A DNA stretch of 62,450 nt, the filler included, from Choristocarpus tenellus KU-1152 (taxonomy: Eukaryota > Protista > Phaeophyceae): assembly GCA_964200185.2 (NCBI GenBank). It is 9 parts of 9 records of this genome, joined end to end, with 100 filler letters (N's around TTAATTAATTAA, not from the genome) between each part and the next. Parts side by side here need not be neighbours in the genome. Positions count along the whole stretch, not along the records: positions 9,278 to 17,433 come from CAXNAD020005068.1; positions 17,534 to 27,191 come from CAXNAD020003499.1; 7 more parts are not named here. The stretch is one strand, 5' to 3'. The notes beneath the pieces are model-generated. The model worked only from the letters and a program-made list of their open reading frames with translations. It made no database searches and was not told the DNA's origin. A program made the position numbers and the translations under genes. Positions 13,041-24,356 of the stretch are shown here, one piece after another. Within the stretch, counting starts at the first letter, position 1. Every line of letters begins with the position of its first letter.

Positions 13041-13740
13041 CGATAGTATGGTTAGGATGAAATCCAGGGTTAATAGAAATTTAATCAAAATCTGATCGAT
13101 TTGAGGATTGTAGAATATGCGGAACTCAACTAGTAAATGGGTTTTGGAGAGGTATCTTTTACATTAGGTACTATTACATTTTCAGGGGTCCTGAACTCTT
13201 ATGACAAGTTTTGACCAAACATGGAATGGATAAGTCCTTTCTTGCCATCACTAAATCAGTTCATTGAAGGCACTTTCTTTCTCATCACTCACATAAAAGG
13301 CATGCTCCCATGTCGAGGGAGGCAACCCCCACTCTTGCTGACCGCTCCATATGCTCCCTCATTGACAATTGCACCAGTTCTACCAGCAAAGACGCCAGCC
13401 TGATCTGAATGTCACCAAGCTTCTCATTAAAAATAGTACCAGGGTTGAGGGAAGCTAGCCTTTCCACCACAATGCATGTAGACCCTCAACATGTAGTTAC
13501 ACTCCGCGTATTCCTTCTTGGTCCCACACTCTTCATCTTGCAGCATTCCTCTAGGTGATCCTTACGCTGACTGGACCTGGAATAGACAGCTACAGCTACC
13601 CTAGTTGCTGTCATGGTTGACTTTGCCCGTGTCCTGTTGAAAGCGACACTCGCTACACCCTCCAAATGGCAGCAGATGCAAGTATGGTGTTTGATTTTGT
13701 GGTCGTCTTCTAGGAAACAACCCATCTGTTGAACCTGTGA

Positions 13741-13919
13741 GACTCAAAGTATCTGGGAGGGGGGGAGGGATCTACAGTAGGGTGTCCATTTACCCCAAAA
13801 GCAAGAAAAGTGCATTTACATTATCCATCCGACGTATGCAATCAAATCACCCAACATCGCGAAATGAAAAAATTGACCCCAAATGGACAGCCGCTACCCC
13901 CTCCCAGCTACTTTGAGCC
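13741..13919 (+). mobile_element. MITE family B copy, TSD TGA
   Basis: GACTCAAAGTATCTGGG...CTACTTTGAGCC, flanks TGA/TGA. Confidence 0.9.
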
Positions 13920-14053
13920 TGAGCACAACTTCACCCGATTCAAGGTTTCAATGCCACGTCACCACTGGTATGGGTTACAGTCAGTAACATATGCCTGCAC
14001 CCACCCAGTGAGTCCCCATTCTCCCACCGCCTCTACCAACTTGTTAGGCAGGT

Positions 14054-14328
14054 GAGTGATAGTATCTTAGAAGTAGATGTTTGTCTGTTTGGGGCTTGGC
14101 TTCCCACCGGTTTTTATGACATTTTGCTACTCCAAAATGTTTCGGAGTAGGTAAAATGTATACATTTCTTTTGGAGTAGGTATCATGTACAAAGTATGAA
14201 AAGGTGTGTCCGGAACAAGCATATCGACACTTCCAAGCAAATATGAAGCCCGAAATTACGTCAACATCGCAACATTGGGTTTTGGTCCCCAAACGGACGC
14301 GGCTCTACCCTCTAAGATACTTTGACTG
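14054..14328 (+). mobile_element. MITE family A copy
   Basis: GAGTGATAGTATCTTAGA...CTACCCTCTAAGATACTTTGACT. Confidence 0.85.
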
Positions 14329-16044
14329 AAGTCTTCTTTGGATGTGGTGACTGAATGCTTATCACAGCCCAGAGAAAGAATGATGTCCTCGAATGCACCA
14401 TTGATCCAAGACACAGTCAGTTCTTCATAAAGCATCTCCTCAATCTTGGTCTGGAGATCATTCTTGACCGCCCTCAACAAGTCAAGAAGTCAACGGAAAT
14501 GAGGTATTACGGTCCTGCTAGTGAGGGTATGGATCATCTTCAAGAAATGGCCGCTCCACAACTGCGTCAGGATAGTAGAGGTTGTTGAGATGGGACTTTG
14601 CTATACCATAGGATAAAAAACAAGCTGTAGGAGGGAGCATGCTCAACACACAAGTGTGATAGTAACGGTTCAAAGAGGCGTAAGAGATAAAAAGGTGAGA
14701 GAATGAGGTGTAAGAATGTCTTACCGAGAGTGGCTGGCAGTCTATTACCACAAAGCGGCAGAAAAGGGTAACCTAATCCAGTGCCTTTGCTTTGAAGAAT
14801 ATGTCAATATGATGCTGGGTTCCCAACCCTGGTCCCTTGTCTCCCTCATGCTCTCGAAGTATTACAAAACGTTCCTGTGCCCAGACTTGAAGGTCCTGGA
14901 GGTGGTTCTTCAGGTTTGTGGTCAACCTGGAGCTTCCCCTATCTGAGTTTGGCGCTATCAATAGCAAAATTATCATTGTTGACTCAGGTGATGCATGTAA
15001 CCTTGTTGGCAAGTCTGGACATTGTGTACAGTGTTAGGACAAACGCCAAACTGAAGGCTTTGACCCGACAGTTATCTGCTGCCAGTTTTGTGCACATTCT
15101 ATAAATAATACCTTCTTCTGTCACTTTGACTACGACCAGGACTTTATGAGGCTCCACTTCCACCTTATTTGAATGCTCAATCGGGTATTCCTCATCATCA
15201 TAACTCACACGTAGGAGGGCGCGCCCAGGAGATGGATCCTCTGAAGCTCTCTAAACCCAGAGCCTCCAAAGATCTCAAGCAGATTTTAAGCCATGAACGA
15301 ATGTGTAGTGGGTTTTGAATCGTGAAGTAGTGACACCTTGTTGTGGTGACGAAGGCACTAGGTTGTGTGATACATAGTATCAGTTCTGTGCCTTCTGAAG
15401 AAAGCAAAACCGATTTTTCGGTTACAATGTAGGTTTTTATTACAAAATTTAATTGATACGGATACCAGTTCTCAACTCTAAATACTGTACTATTAAGAAC
15501 ATCCAGAACAAAAGAGATGGCAGGTGTACTTGGTAAAAAAAACACTAACTGTGATGATGGGCATACTCAGTCAAAATCGTATCCTCCCACAGGACAAATT
15601 AGAATGGGGATGGTCATCATTGAGTTCCTCATGAAGGGTAAACCCTGTTGGACATGCCACGACCAACAATCCCGCCCAGCACTGGTCGAAATGGAGAGGC
15701 CTTCCATAACACAGTTGATACGATATGATACGCGAACATGATTGGCTACGACATATTATCACCACCTATGTCGTCAATATAACTTAATACCCCCATAATT
15801 TGGGTAACTTCTAAAGAAGTGAGTGTACCCAGCCGTCACCCTCACTAATAACGCCTCAAAAAAACATGTTTTCGAGAAGTGTTAGTGAGCGTTCTTACCT
15901 CTTAAACTCTCTTAAAATTGTAGTGGTTTAGAGTACCTAGAATGTTGGTGTCAGCACATTGTCCTTACGCATACTAATTTCGTGTTCTGAGATGTGTTGA
16001 CAATTATGCAGACACAAAAAGCATCGTTACTCGTACTTAAAAAG

Positions 16045-16117
16045 CACCGAAGGTGGGGCTCGAACCCACGACCATACGATTAAGAGTCGTACGCTCTACC
16101 GACTGAGCTACCCCGGC
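16045..16117 (-). tRNA. trnK-CTT: tRNA-Lys (anticodon CTT)
   Basis: Reverse complement GCCGGGGTAGCTCAGTCGGTAGAGCGTACGACTCTTAATCGTATGGTCGTGGGTTCGAGCCCCACCTTCGGTG is a 73-nt cloverleaf with intact A and B boxes and anticodon stem TACGA/TCGTA, followed by a T5 Pol III terminator (16039-16043). Confidence 0.93.
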
Positions 16118-16226
16118 CACTACTGTTGTCATTACAATGACCATACCGTTTACTACAGACCATCATTGTCGTAGAGTTTGTTATTTGAGACCAAATCTAC
16201 TCAAGTAACTTCGGGTCAAATGATTG

Positions 16227-16403
16227 GGCTAAAAAAACTAGGAGGGGGGGGATCTACATCAGGATGTCCATTCAGACCCTGAACAGGAAAAGGGTACTTA
16301 CATTATCCATCCGATGCATGCAACCAAATTACCCAAGAATCGAGACATGGAAAAATGGGCCCCGAATGGACAACCGCCACCCCTCCCTCAGATACTCTGA
16401 GCC
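16227..16403 (+). mobile_element. MITE family B copy, TSD TTG
   Basis: Family B body; ends CAGATACTCTGAGCC; flanks TTG/TTG. Confidence 0.85.
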
Positions 16404-16794
16404 TTGGTTCGATTTGCCAATCTTGTTCTATAAAAACGACACAATAATCAAAGGATACTCACATCACTTCCGACACCTGAATACGCGTAACGTTTTGGAT
16501 TATTTTGTAATACGCAGTATTGTGCAACCACATTGGTGGAATGAATCACTTCCGAACACACCTTACATAAAACACACAATACGAGAAACCAAACATCTGA
16601 ACTGATACCAACCTGAGTCTTCGAGTCTTACCATTAGTCTGTGCCAATGACCACTGGGGTCACTACACTATGCCACTGAGGTGTGTTTTACACAATTTTC
16701 CAGTGCTGAAACATTTATTCACCGCTTGAAACATGTTTTACAACTGTGGACAGACTATGATTTTGCTGTTTATAACACTAACATAGAAGTATTG

Positions 16795-16867
16795 CACCGA
16801 AAGTAGGGCTATAACCCATGACCGCGTCATTAATAATCCTATACTCTACCAACTAAGCTAACCAGGC
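16795..16867 (-). pseudogene. Degenerate tRNA (Lys-like) pseudogene
   Basis: Reverse complement GCCTGGTTAGCTTAGTTGGTAGAGTATAGGATTATTAATGACGCGGTCATGGGTTATAGCCCTACTTTCGGTG is colinear with the 16045 tRNA but has a broken anticodon stem and T-loop. Confidence 0.75.
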
Positions 16868-17280
16868 AAGTTCCTTCGTATTTTTTTCACTTCATCGCAG
16901 GTTTTTGGACTGCTTGGAACAACATGCTTTTTACCTACCGGCAGATTGTGGTTTCTGCTGTTTACAACACTAAGAGCTGATTGTCCTTGTAGGATGAATT
17001 TACAATATATGTGAAGTTAATCCTCTAGCTATCACTGGCACAAAATAGCTGATATTTGTAATTATCGTCCGATACAATTCTCTTTCCCTTCTTAGCCCTA
17101 ACTCAACTTCTACTTGTATCCCAACCACTTTCTGTTGAAATGTTATTGATGAAATGGTTGGCCCATAATATGACTTGTTTTGGTGCTGTCTGGCAGGGCT
17201 CTCGCCTGTGATATTTGTAGTACAAATTTTGAATCCCCTAAAGCTAACACATTGTCGTTTTAGCGTATCACCAAAATTCG

Positions 17281-17433
17281 CACAAAGGCAGGCGCAGAAC
17301 CCCCCTTAGCACAGCCCACTCCTTCCACTCGGGCACAGCCCCCCCTTGTGCTATTCCTCTTGGTGTTGCTGGAGCTCCGTGGCTGCTGGCAGGCGGAGCT
17401 TCTCCTCTTTTCCCACCAGGCACAGAACACACA
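17281..17433. repeat. Dispersed repeat homologous to 58880-59220
   Basis: GTGCTATTCCTC...GCTGCT(G/A)GC(A/T)GG(C/T)GGAGCTT...CTCTTTTCC...CAGGCACA is shared with the 58.9-59.2 kb copy. Confidence 0.7.
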
Positions 17434-17533
17434 NNNNNNNNNNNNNNNNNNNNNNNNNNNNNNNNNNNNNNNNNNNNTTAATTAATTAANNNNNNNNNNN
17501 NNNNNNNNNNNNNNNNNNNNNNNNNNNNNNNNN
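17434..17533. other. Artificial contig linker
   Basis: N44-TTAATTAATTAA-N44. Confidence 0.98.
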
Positions 17534-17561
17534 CCCCCCCCCCCCCCAGATACTTTGAGCC
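17534..17561. mobile_element. MITE B terminal fragment at contig start
   Basis: poly-C-AGATACTTTGAGCC. Confidence 0.7.
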
Positions 17562-17679
17562 GAAGGTAGATACGCATACATGTATATATATATATGTTGG
17601 GCCTACTATTGGGTTACTTGATGTATTCATTGTATTGCATACAATTTGCAACAAGGTTTAGTAGGGCATGGTGAATAAT

Positions 17680-17932
17680 GATCCAAAGTAAACGAGAGAT
17701 ACCAGGTTTTGGTCGTTTTTCATTTTTTCAAGGTAGTTTTTTTAATCTTTAGCTTTTCACCCATATTTCTATGGATGCCAAGTTTTGACCTGAGAGTGTT
17801 TTGATTTCTGTATTTTTTGGAAATTTGGACGGAATTAATAAGTTTCAATATTTGTTTGTACAGAGAGCGAAACTTTGCACGTAATTGTCAGCATCAAATG
17901 CAACTCTCTATTCCTCTTGTTTACTTTGATTC
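17680..17932 (+). mobile_element. MITE family C copy (~253 bp), TSD AAT
   Basis: GATCCAAAGTAAACGAGAGATACCAGG...CTCTTGTTTACTTTGATTC, flanks AAT/AAT; 5' part homologous to the 26614 copy. Confidence 0.75.
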
Positions 17933-18766
17933 AATATGCTTTAAGACCACAGAATCTCGCGACTATGTAACAAGGGTATATTGGAGGCAGGGAGGGGGAG
18001 GGTGAAGGGGGTAGGGTTTAAGGCAATATGCCCAGTAGTCGGTGCTTTATCTTCAAGAAGGATATTTCACAAGGTATCTGCAAAGTTTCAATGCTTTCAT
18101 TTCCAAGGCAATAACCCCACTATCCTTCCCCCCCGGGTAGTTTGCATCGTGTGTCTTGATTATGCCAAATCAGTAACCAAAGTACGGATCTGCTACCACT
18201 GTTGCCATCCAGTTATAATCCTGGTACCAATATAAAAAAGACTGTTTCCATCCTAGCTTGGTCCTTTCTCATGCAAGAGCACTGAACAAAATGCTTTGTG
18301 GAACTCAGTTCATTCTCAAATGCACCTTATTTCGATCACCATTTTTTTTTCCATTGCTGTCAATACAATTGCACTTGTTACTTTGGCCTGCTTGTAGCCT
18401 GACCATACTTTTGGACTAAGAGGAGTAGATGGCTGTAATACAGGGATTACATGGATCCTCAGAAATGGAAGAGAATGTTTCTTCAACTTTATGAAAAATT
18501 TATCTTTAGCCAATTGTGATCACTATTTTCAGGGGCTTGTAAGGTGTATGTAAAACACGAAAACAGGGTGTATTGCATAGGGGTTGATTTTTATCAAGGC
18601 ACATATCGTAAAATGGCCAAAACATGCACACCTCTCAGATAATAGGACTCGGTGATGGAGTTTCTCGCTAGACAGCAGTGGAAGACTACATCTACTGCCA
18701 CACAAAGTGTTAATGCTAGTGGTAATGGTCGTTTTAGTATTGTACTGAAGTATGGAACACTGTTAT

Positions 18767-19019
18767 GAGTCAAAGAATTTTAGAGGGCAGGGCCGTATTC
18801 GGGACCATAAATCCAATGTTGCGATTTTGATATACTTTTGGCTATCGAGTTTGTTAGCAAGTGTCAATATCCTTGCTTCGGACACACCTTTCATAGTTGT
18901 AAGCATTCTAAGTAACTGTGTTCACACAGAAAACCGAAAAAGGGCATTAAAAACCCATGGGAACCTAAGCCTCGAACAGACAAACAGGGCAAAATTCCTA
19001 CCCTTTTATGCTTTGGGTC
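18767..19019 (-). mobile_element. MITE family A' copy, TSD TAT
   Basis: GAGTCAAAGAATTTTAGAGGGC...GCTTTGGGTC, flanks TAT/TAT. Confidence 0.85.
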
Positions 19020-19624
19020 TATTCCTTCAATACTTGGTATCCTTGCATTACATACCAACATAATTATACCAGTAGTATACAACAGTCTGAATATTCATGC
19101 ACAACTATTTAAAATTGTTTTCTTGCCTAGAGCTGCCACCCCCCCCAGGTAGTGTCAAACTTGACGGGGTACCTTACCTGAAGCACAACCAAGAGATACT
19201 AGATGGATAGCTCTTCTTTTGGTCCGTGAGTTCAGGTTCTAAAAGTGACGACACATTCTAATCCTTTCTTGAGACCCCAACACTTTGAAAATGAGCTTCA
19301 TCCTCACACAATTCTTGTTTGTTCATCCACTTGGCTATGAGCAGGCAATTCAAAGACGGGAGTGAGCATTACAGTCTCAACTATAAAAAAAAATGAACAG
19401 AAAAAAATGGCATACCAAGATTTCGATGCCTTCATTCTCACCTGAATGAGGGTGGATCTCCACCCACACATCACAATTGAGAGTAATCGTAACAAGAATT
19501 AAACATCAGAAACCCACTTGATTCTACTTGGTTCCAATATTCTTACCAATCAGTCCGTATGCCACACGGAACCAAGCACCCCATCTGCATGCCCTTCCTT
19601 TCTCCTCCCCCAAATTGTATTCAG

Positions 19625-20944
19625 GAGATCTTTCCAGGAAGGCTGGAGGTCATTCTAGGAACTTCCCGAGAAACCGTTCCCAACCTTCTTCTCGATTTGA
19701 AGATGGCTGGCAAGGACCCTGGAATATGTGACATTATCTTTGTAGACGGGGACCACAGTCGAGAGGGGGCAATGGCAGACTTATCAAATTTTGAGCCACT
19801 AGCCAACAGGTATGAAGGTGCTGCTCATTGAGACTTATATCTATTTGCCATTGGACCAAGGAGGGTGGGGTGTAAGGAACCCCATAGTTGGTATTTACAT
19901 CATGCTTTCACTAGACAATATATCCATCCGATCTAGTTGATTCTCATGGCTTGGTGTGGGTCAGCTTGCAATATATGGAATGTGTGCTCTTACAAATGTA
20001 TTATTTGTTGAATGTCAGATAGAGCTGGGAGTTTTTGATGAGTCCGAGAAATATCAATCAATAATTGGAGTCCTGAAGTTTGGGGTATTGTAAATAGAAT
20101 AGGTGATAGAATCATCAAACAGACACAAATGACCCTTACTCTTACAGCTGCCGTGTAAGAACTTGTTGTATCGCATGGTTCTTTCCGCTGAGCAAACTGA
20201 CTCAACTGATACTGACAGCAACAAGTGGAAGGTTTCACAGTGTTTATGTACTTCGAAGCAGATATATCATATTAGGTCACATGCATGTTATCGCCACAAA
20301 GCAATTTGACTCTTGACAGCCCAAGGTGAAGACCTCAGAGTTTTACACACATGGATCAGATCTGATCGCACTCAAGGAGTTTAAAACAATTTCAATGGAA
20401 ATTAATGTTGCCAAGGTGCCATGATGGTCCGCGGATTTCGTGGCAATTCATATCACAAAGTGACGTATAAACTACCTCAATCTCTTCCCTTTCACATTGG
20501 CATTGTACTCAAAGTCTTACATTGTCGGTGGAGTGACTACCTGTAGACTAGAGCACAGTGTAGGCCATCGAATTTACTGAGAGTTGCCCCTGAAACGACC
20601 CACTGCTCCCTCTTAATCCTCTGAAAATATCTCTTTTAAGCCTTGCATTGCTCTGAGCGACCAAATTTAGCATTGAAGATAGCAAAGAGTATCTTGTGTA
20701 TGTTTGAGATGTAAGTCTAAATCACAGGGACATCACTTACTTCATGATACCGTTCTCACTGCGGAGGGAGTGAGATATCAGTCTATGCCCTGTCAATACT
20801 TCCCCTTCTCTCAGGACATGGCACAAGCTGGTGGTTGATGACATGGATAGTCACGATGTTGCTTTTTCCTGGTCAGAATTCAGCAGAGAGGGCAGGGCCA
20901 GGCTGTTGGAAATTGTCCGCTCCACAGGCCAGCACGGCCTCAAG
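19625..20944 (+). CDS. Class I SAM-dependent methyltransferase (Methyltransf_24-like), internal exons
   Basis: Exons 19625-19809 and 20815-20944 join in phase: EIFPGRLEVILGTSRETVP...CDIIFVDGDHSREGAMADLSNFEPLANRTWHKLVVDDM. The D-(I/L)-x-x-V-D-G-D-H and VVDD motifs are typical of this family. Confidence 0.8.
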
Positions 20945-21530
20945 GCAAGAACTACTACAAAAAAGGTTTTGAAATCCTCACAATTTGAACCACGCCCTAA
21001 CCCTACTTACCCACCCCTCAATACACTTGGAAGTATACTATACAGTGTAAGAATTGCAACAATCTGCATGTATTTGCCAACAACTGCTGGTTTTCAACGA
21101 TAATTCTGTCTGCGAGCTGAGGTATCAATTTTTGTTTGCTTCAATGCTGGAGAAAAAAAGAAAGTACAGCACACACACTACAATTTTTTCTTATTATTAT
21201 TACCCCCAGTCATATTTGTCCAAAACTTGTTGTATTTGAAATCTCGATCTCTTTTCCCGCCCCCCCGCCCCCCAATAGAAGGGGTCTATATCCGACATCT
21301 CATCAGTACCAGTACCCATCGATGAGAGCATAAGAGGTGACCAATAGTGGGAATGAGGAGCCCTGCAAAATGCCAATAAACTCCGTTTGACGCCAAAACT
21401 TGCCTTGTGTAGCTGTGGGACGGAGGGAAGGAGGGAAAAACACACACCACCCAGCAAATCTGTGTAACTGCAGACCATAAAAGACGATGTAATTGTTTTG
21501 GAGAGTGTAAGTACCTTACAAACACAAATT

Positions 21531-21791
21531 GACCCAAAGCATTTTAGAGGGTGGGAGTTTTGCCCTGTTTGTCCATTTGGGACTTGGCTTTCCCCCCTCT
21601 TTTTTTGCCCCCTTTTCTGTTTTATATGTAAATACAGTAGCCTAGAATGTGTACGACTATGACATGTGTCTCCGGAGCAAGGATATTGACCCTTCTAACA
21701 AATACAGTAGCCAAAAATATTAATCAAAATCGCAGAAATGCATTTATGACCGCGAATGGACGCGGCCCTGTCCTCTTAAGTGCTTTTGGTC
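21531..21791 (+). mobile_element. MITE family A' copy
   Basis: GACCCAAAGCATTTTAGAGGG...CTCTTAAGTGCTTTTGGTC. Confidence 0.8.
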
Positions 21792-21838
21792 TTGCTCTCT
21801 GTGCATGAAACAGCAAATAACTGACTGTGGATGGTACG

Positions 21839-22390
21839 CTATGTTAACCGCTTGCATGTGAGACAGTTGTCCGTACACTCACAAATGAGAAAAGAGAGTA
21901 CATTTCGTAGGACGACCTGAATTTCTTTTTTTTCAGTGGTCGTCGAAGTGTCAGAAATAGTAGCATGCTCGAAGAAGAGGAAGATGGAGCAAGGGTCTGA
22001 TTCGACTTTCAGTGATTCAATACCACATTGAGGTACATCACTATTTATTCCTTGCATTGCAGTATTTTGTAAGCATCAATTGCACCTTGGCCACACGGCT
22101 CTTTACTGCCTAGAAAGGGTGCAGATCAGACATGTTTGCCACTGCGGCTCTGTGCCGGGTGACGCTCCGACACGACACCATATCACGTCCTCAAAACCGC
22201 TGATTGTCTTCAAAGCACCAATCAAATTTGAATATCTGGTTCCATGGAGCAAACCAATGTTTTTTTTCAAGCTAAGGTGTACAACCAGGTCCTTTTGCCG
22301 ATCAAGGCAGATTGGACAGAAAAAAAAAGAAGAGCTCTTTGGAATGGTTGCTGTATACAGCAATGAAGAAATCGATGTGCAAAATTACAA
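21839..22390 (-). pseudogene. Degenerate intronless Cys-rich ORF, unknown function
   Basis: ORFs 22103-22363 and 21839-22057 are in the same frame, separated by two stops; motifs CPIC, CLIC, CECTDNCLTC. Confidence 0.35.
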
Positions 22391-22454
22391 AGTCTCCGGT
22401 GACAGCCAGCCACAGCACCACATGTACCTGGTTAAACAAACAATTTTCTATTTT

Positions 22455-22716
22455 GAGTCAAAGCATCTCAGAGGGTAGAGCCGTGTCCGTTTGAGGGTCA
22501 AAATTCAATGTTGTGATTTTGATATAATTTTGGCTATTGTGTTAGTTAGGAAGTGTCAATATGCTTTTTCCGGACACACCTTTTCATGACGTATACATGT
22601 AACCTACTCTGAAACATTTTGGAGTAGGAAAATATCATAAAATACACGTGGGAAGCCAATCCCCAAACGGACAAACAGGGCAAAATTCGTACCCTAACCC
22701 TAAGATACTCTTACTC
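22455..22716 (-). mobile_element. MITE family A copy, TSD TTT
   Basis: GAGTCAAAGCATCTCAGAGGGTAG...GTACCCTAACCCTAAGATACTCTTACTC. Confidence 0.9.
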
Positions 22717-23082
22717 TTTGATGGTTAGAATCAATGGTTTGCTCGCCAGGGATAGGAAGGGGAACATAGAGAGATCAAGCAACCTTTCACTATGATGATA
22801 CCCTAACATTTTTTTTCTCGGGTAGGCCTCTTGACCTTCTCCAGGTATTGCCAGAGGGAACATAGAGGTTCATAACACAGCAAGTACATGTGTGAGAAAA
22901 ACGATGGCTGTTGTTGGTACTGATGTACAATGCAAGTAGTGCTATACATAGACACATAACCCTAACCTTGTGTGTGTGTCATTGAAATTTTCCAACCTTA
23001 CCCTTAACCCTTCTTACTTGGATACTCTACAGACTAAAATGTTAACGCCTTTAAATATTCTTGGTGGGCTGAATTTTGATTT

Positions 23083-23339
23083 GAGTGAAAGTATCTTAGA
23101 GGGTACGAGTTTTTCCCTGTTTGTCCATTTGGGGTTCGCTTTCCATGGGGTTTTTTGTGACATTTTCCTACTCCAAAATGTTTCGGAGTTGGTAAAATGT
23201 ACACGTTATGAAAAGGTGTGTCCGGAACAAGGATACTGACACTTCCTAAAAATCACGATAGCCAAAATTACATCAAAATCTCAAAATTGGATTTTGGACC
23301 CAAATGGACGCGGCCCTACCCTCTAAGATACTTTGGCTC
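23083..23339 (+). mobile_element. MITE family A copy, TSD TTT
   Basis: GAGTGAAAGTATCTTAGAGGGTAC...CTACCCTCTAAGATACTTTGGCTC. Confidence 0.92.
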
Positions 23340-23448
23340 TTTATTATGGGTAGTGTTTTGATCTGGGCTTGAACATTGTCAGACAAGACTACAAAGGTAC
23401 CTTGCTGAGGAGAAGAACCATGAGTGATCAGAAATACGACTATCTGAT

Positions 23449-23705
23449 GACCCAAAGAAAAAAAGAGGGTAGGGGTTTTGCCCCTGTTTATCCATTTGGG
23501 GTTGGGTTCACACCGGGGTTTCTTGCCCTTTTTCGGTTTTATATGTGAACACAGTTACCTAGAATGTACACAACTATGAAGGGTGCGCCTGGAGCAAGGA
23601 CATTGACACTTACTAACAAACACGATAGAAAAATCACATCAAAATCACAACGTTGGATTTATGACCTCAACAGACGCAGCCCTACCCTCTAAGATACTTT
23701 GACTC
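23449..23705 (+). mobile_element. MITE family A' copy, TSD TGAT
   Basis: GACCCAAAG...CTACCCTCTAAGATACTTTGACTC, flanks TGAT/TGAT. Confidence 0.88.
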
Positions 23706-23767
23706 TGATGGAGAGCGTTCATGCAGGGCAAGAAGAGCATCTTCTATCTTTCCTGTACTTGAAACAA

Positions 23768-24207
23768 GGCTCAAAGTATCTGGGGGGGGTGACGGCTGTC
23801 CATTTGTGGCCAATTTTTTCATGTCGCGATTTTTGTGTGATTTGGAGCCAAAGTATCTTAGAGGGTAGAGCCATGTCCATTTGGGGGGAAAAGTCCAATG
23901 TTGCGATTTTGATGTAATTTTGGCCACCGCGTTTGTTAGAAAGTGTCAATATCCTTGTTCCGGACACACGCTCTCATAACATTTACATTTAACCTATTCC
24001 GAAACGTTTTGGAGTAGGAAAATATCATAAAAATACCCGTGGGAAGCGAATCTCCAAGAGGACAAACAGGCAATACTCGAACCCTCTAATTATGATTTCA
24101 CTCTTGGTTGCATCCATCAGATGGATATGTAAGTGCACTTTTCCTGGTAATGGGCCAAATGGACTCATCTTGTGTAGACCCCCCCCCTCCCACAGATACT
24201 TTGGGTG
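23768..24207 (-). mobile_element. MITE family B copy (TSD ACAA) carrying a nested family A copy
   Basis: B halves 23768-23844 and 24104-24207 rejoin to the B consensus GTGATTTGGTTGCA. Confidence 0.88.
23845..24103 (-). mobile_element. MITE family A copy nested in MITE B, TSD TTG
   Basis: GAGCCAAAGTATCTTAGAGGGTAG...TTTCACTC, flanks TTG/TTG. Confidence 0.9.
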
Positions 24208-24356
24208 ACAAAATCGATCCAATTCATTGTAATTGATGAAGATAATGCACGGGAATACAATATAATGCACGGGAAAATCTCATATTTCCCCCAAGTTGTC
24301 GTAAGGCTGCTGCTGTGACTGCTGTGACTGCTTTCCCTTAAAATATAGATCCATTT

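Larger units (their letters stand above)
12100..13735 (-). mobile_element. Highly degraded LTR-retrotransposon (copia integrase-like) remnant
   Basis: Minus-strand fragment EMVYEHLIGKAFNYNVC*VWGSKYF resembles the copia TPYELWxGxKP...LRVWGC region; it lies upstream of and co-oriented with the RT remnant. Confidence 0.45.
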
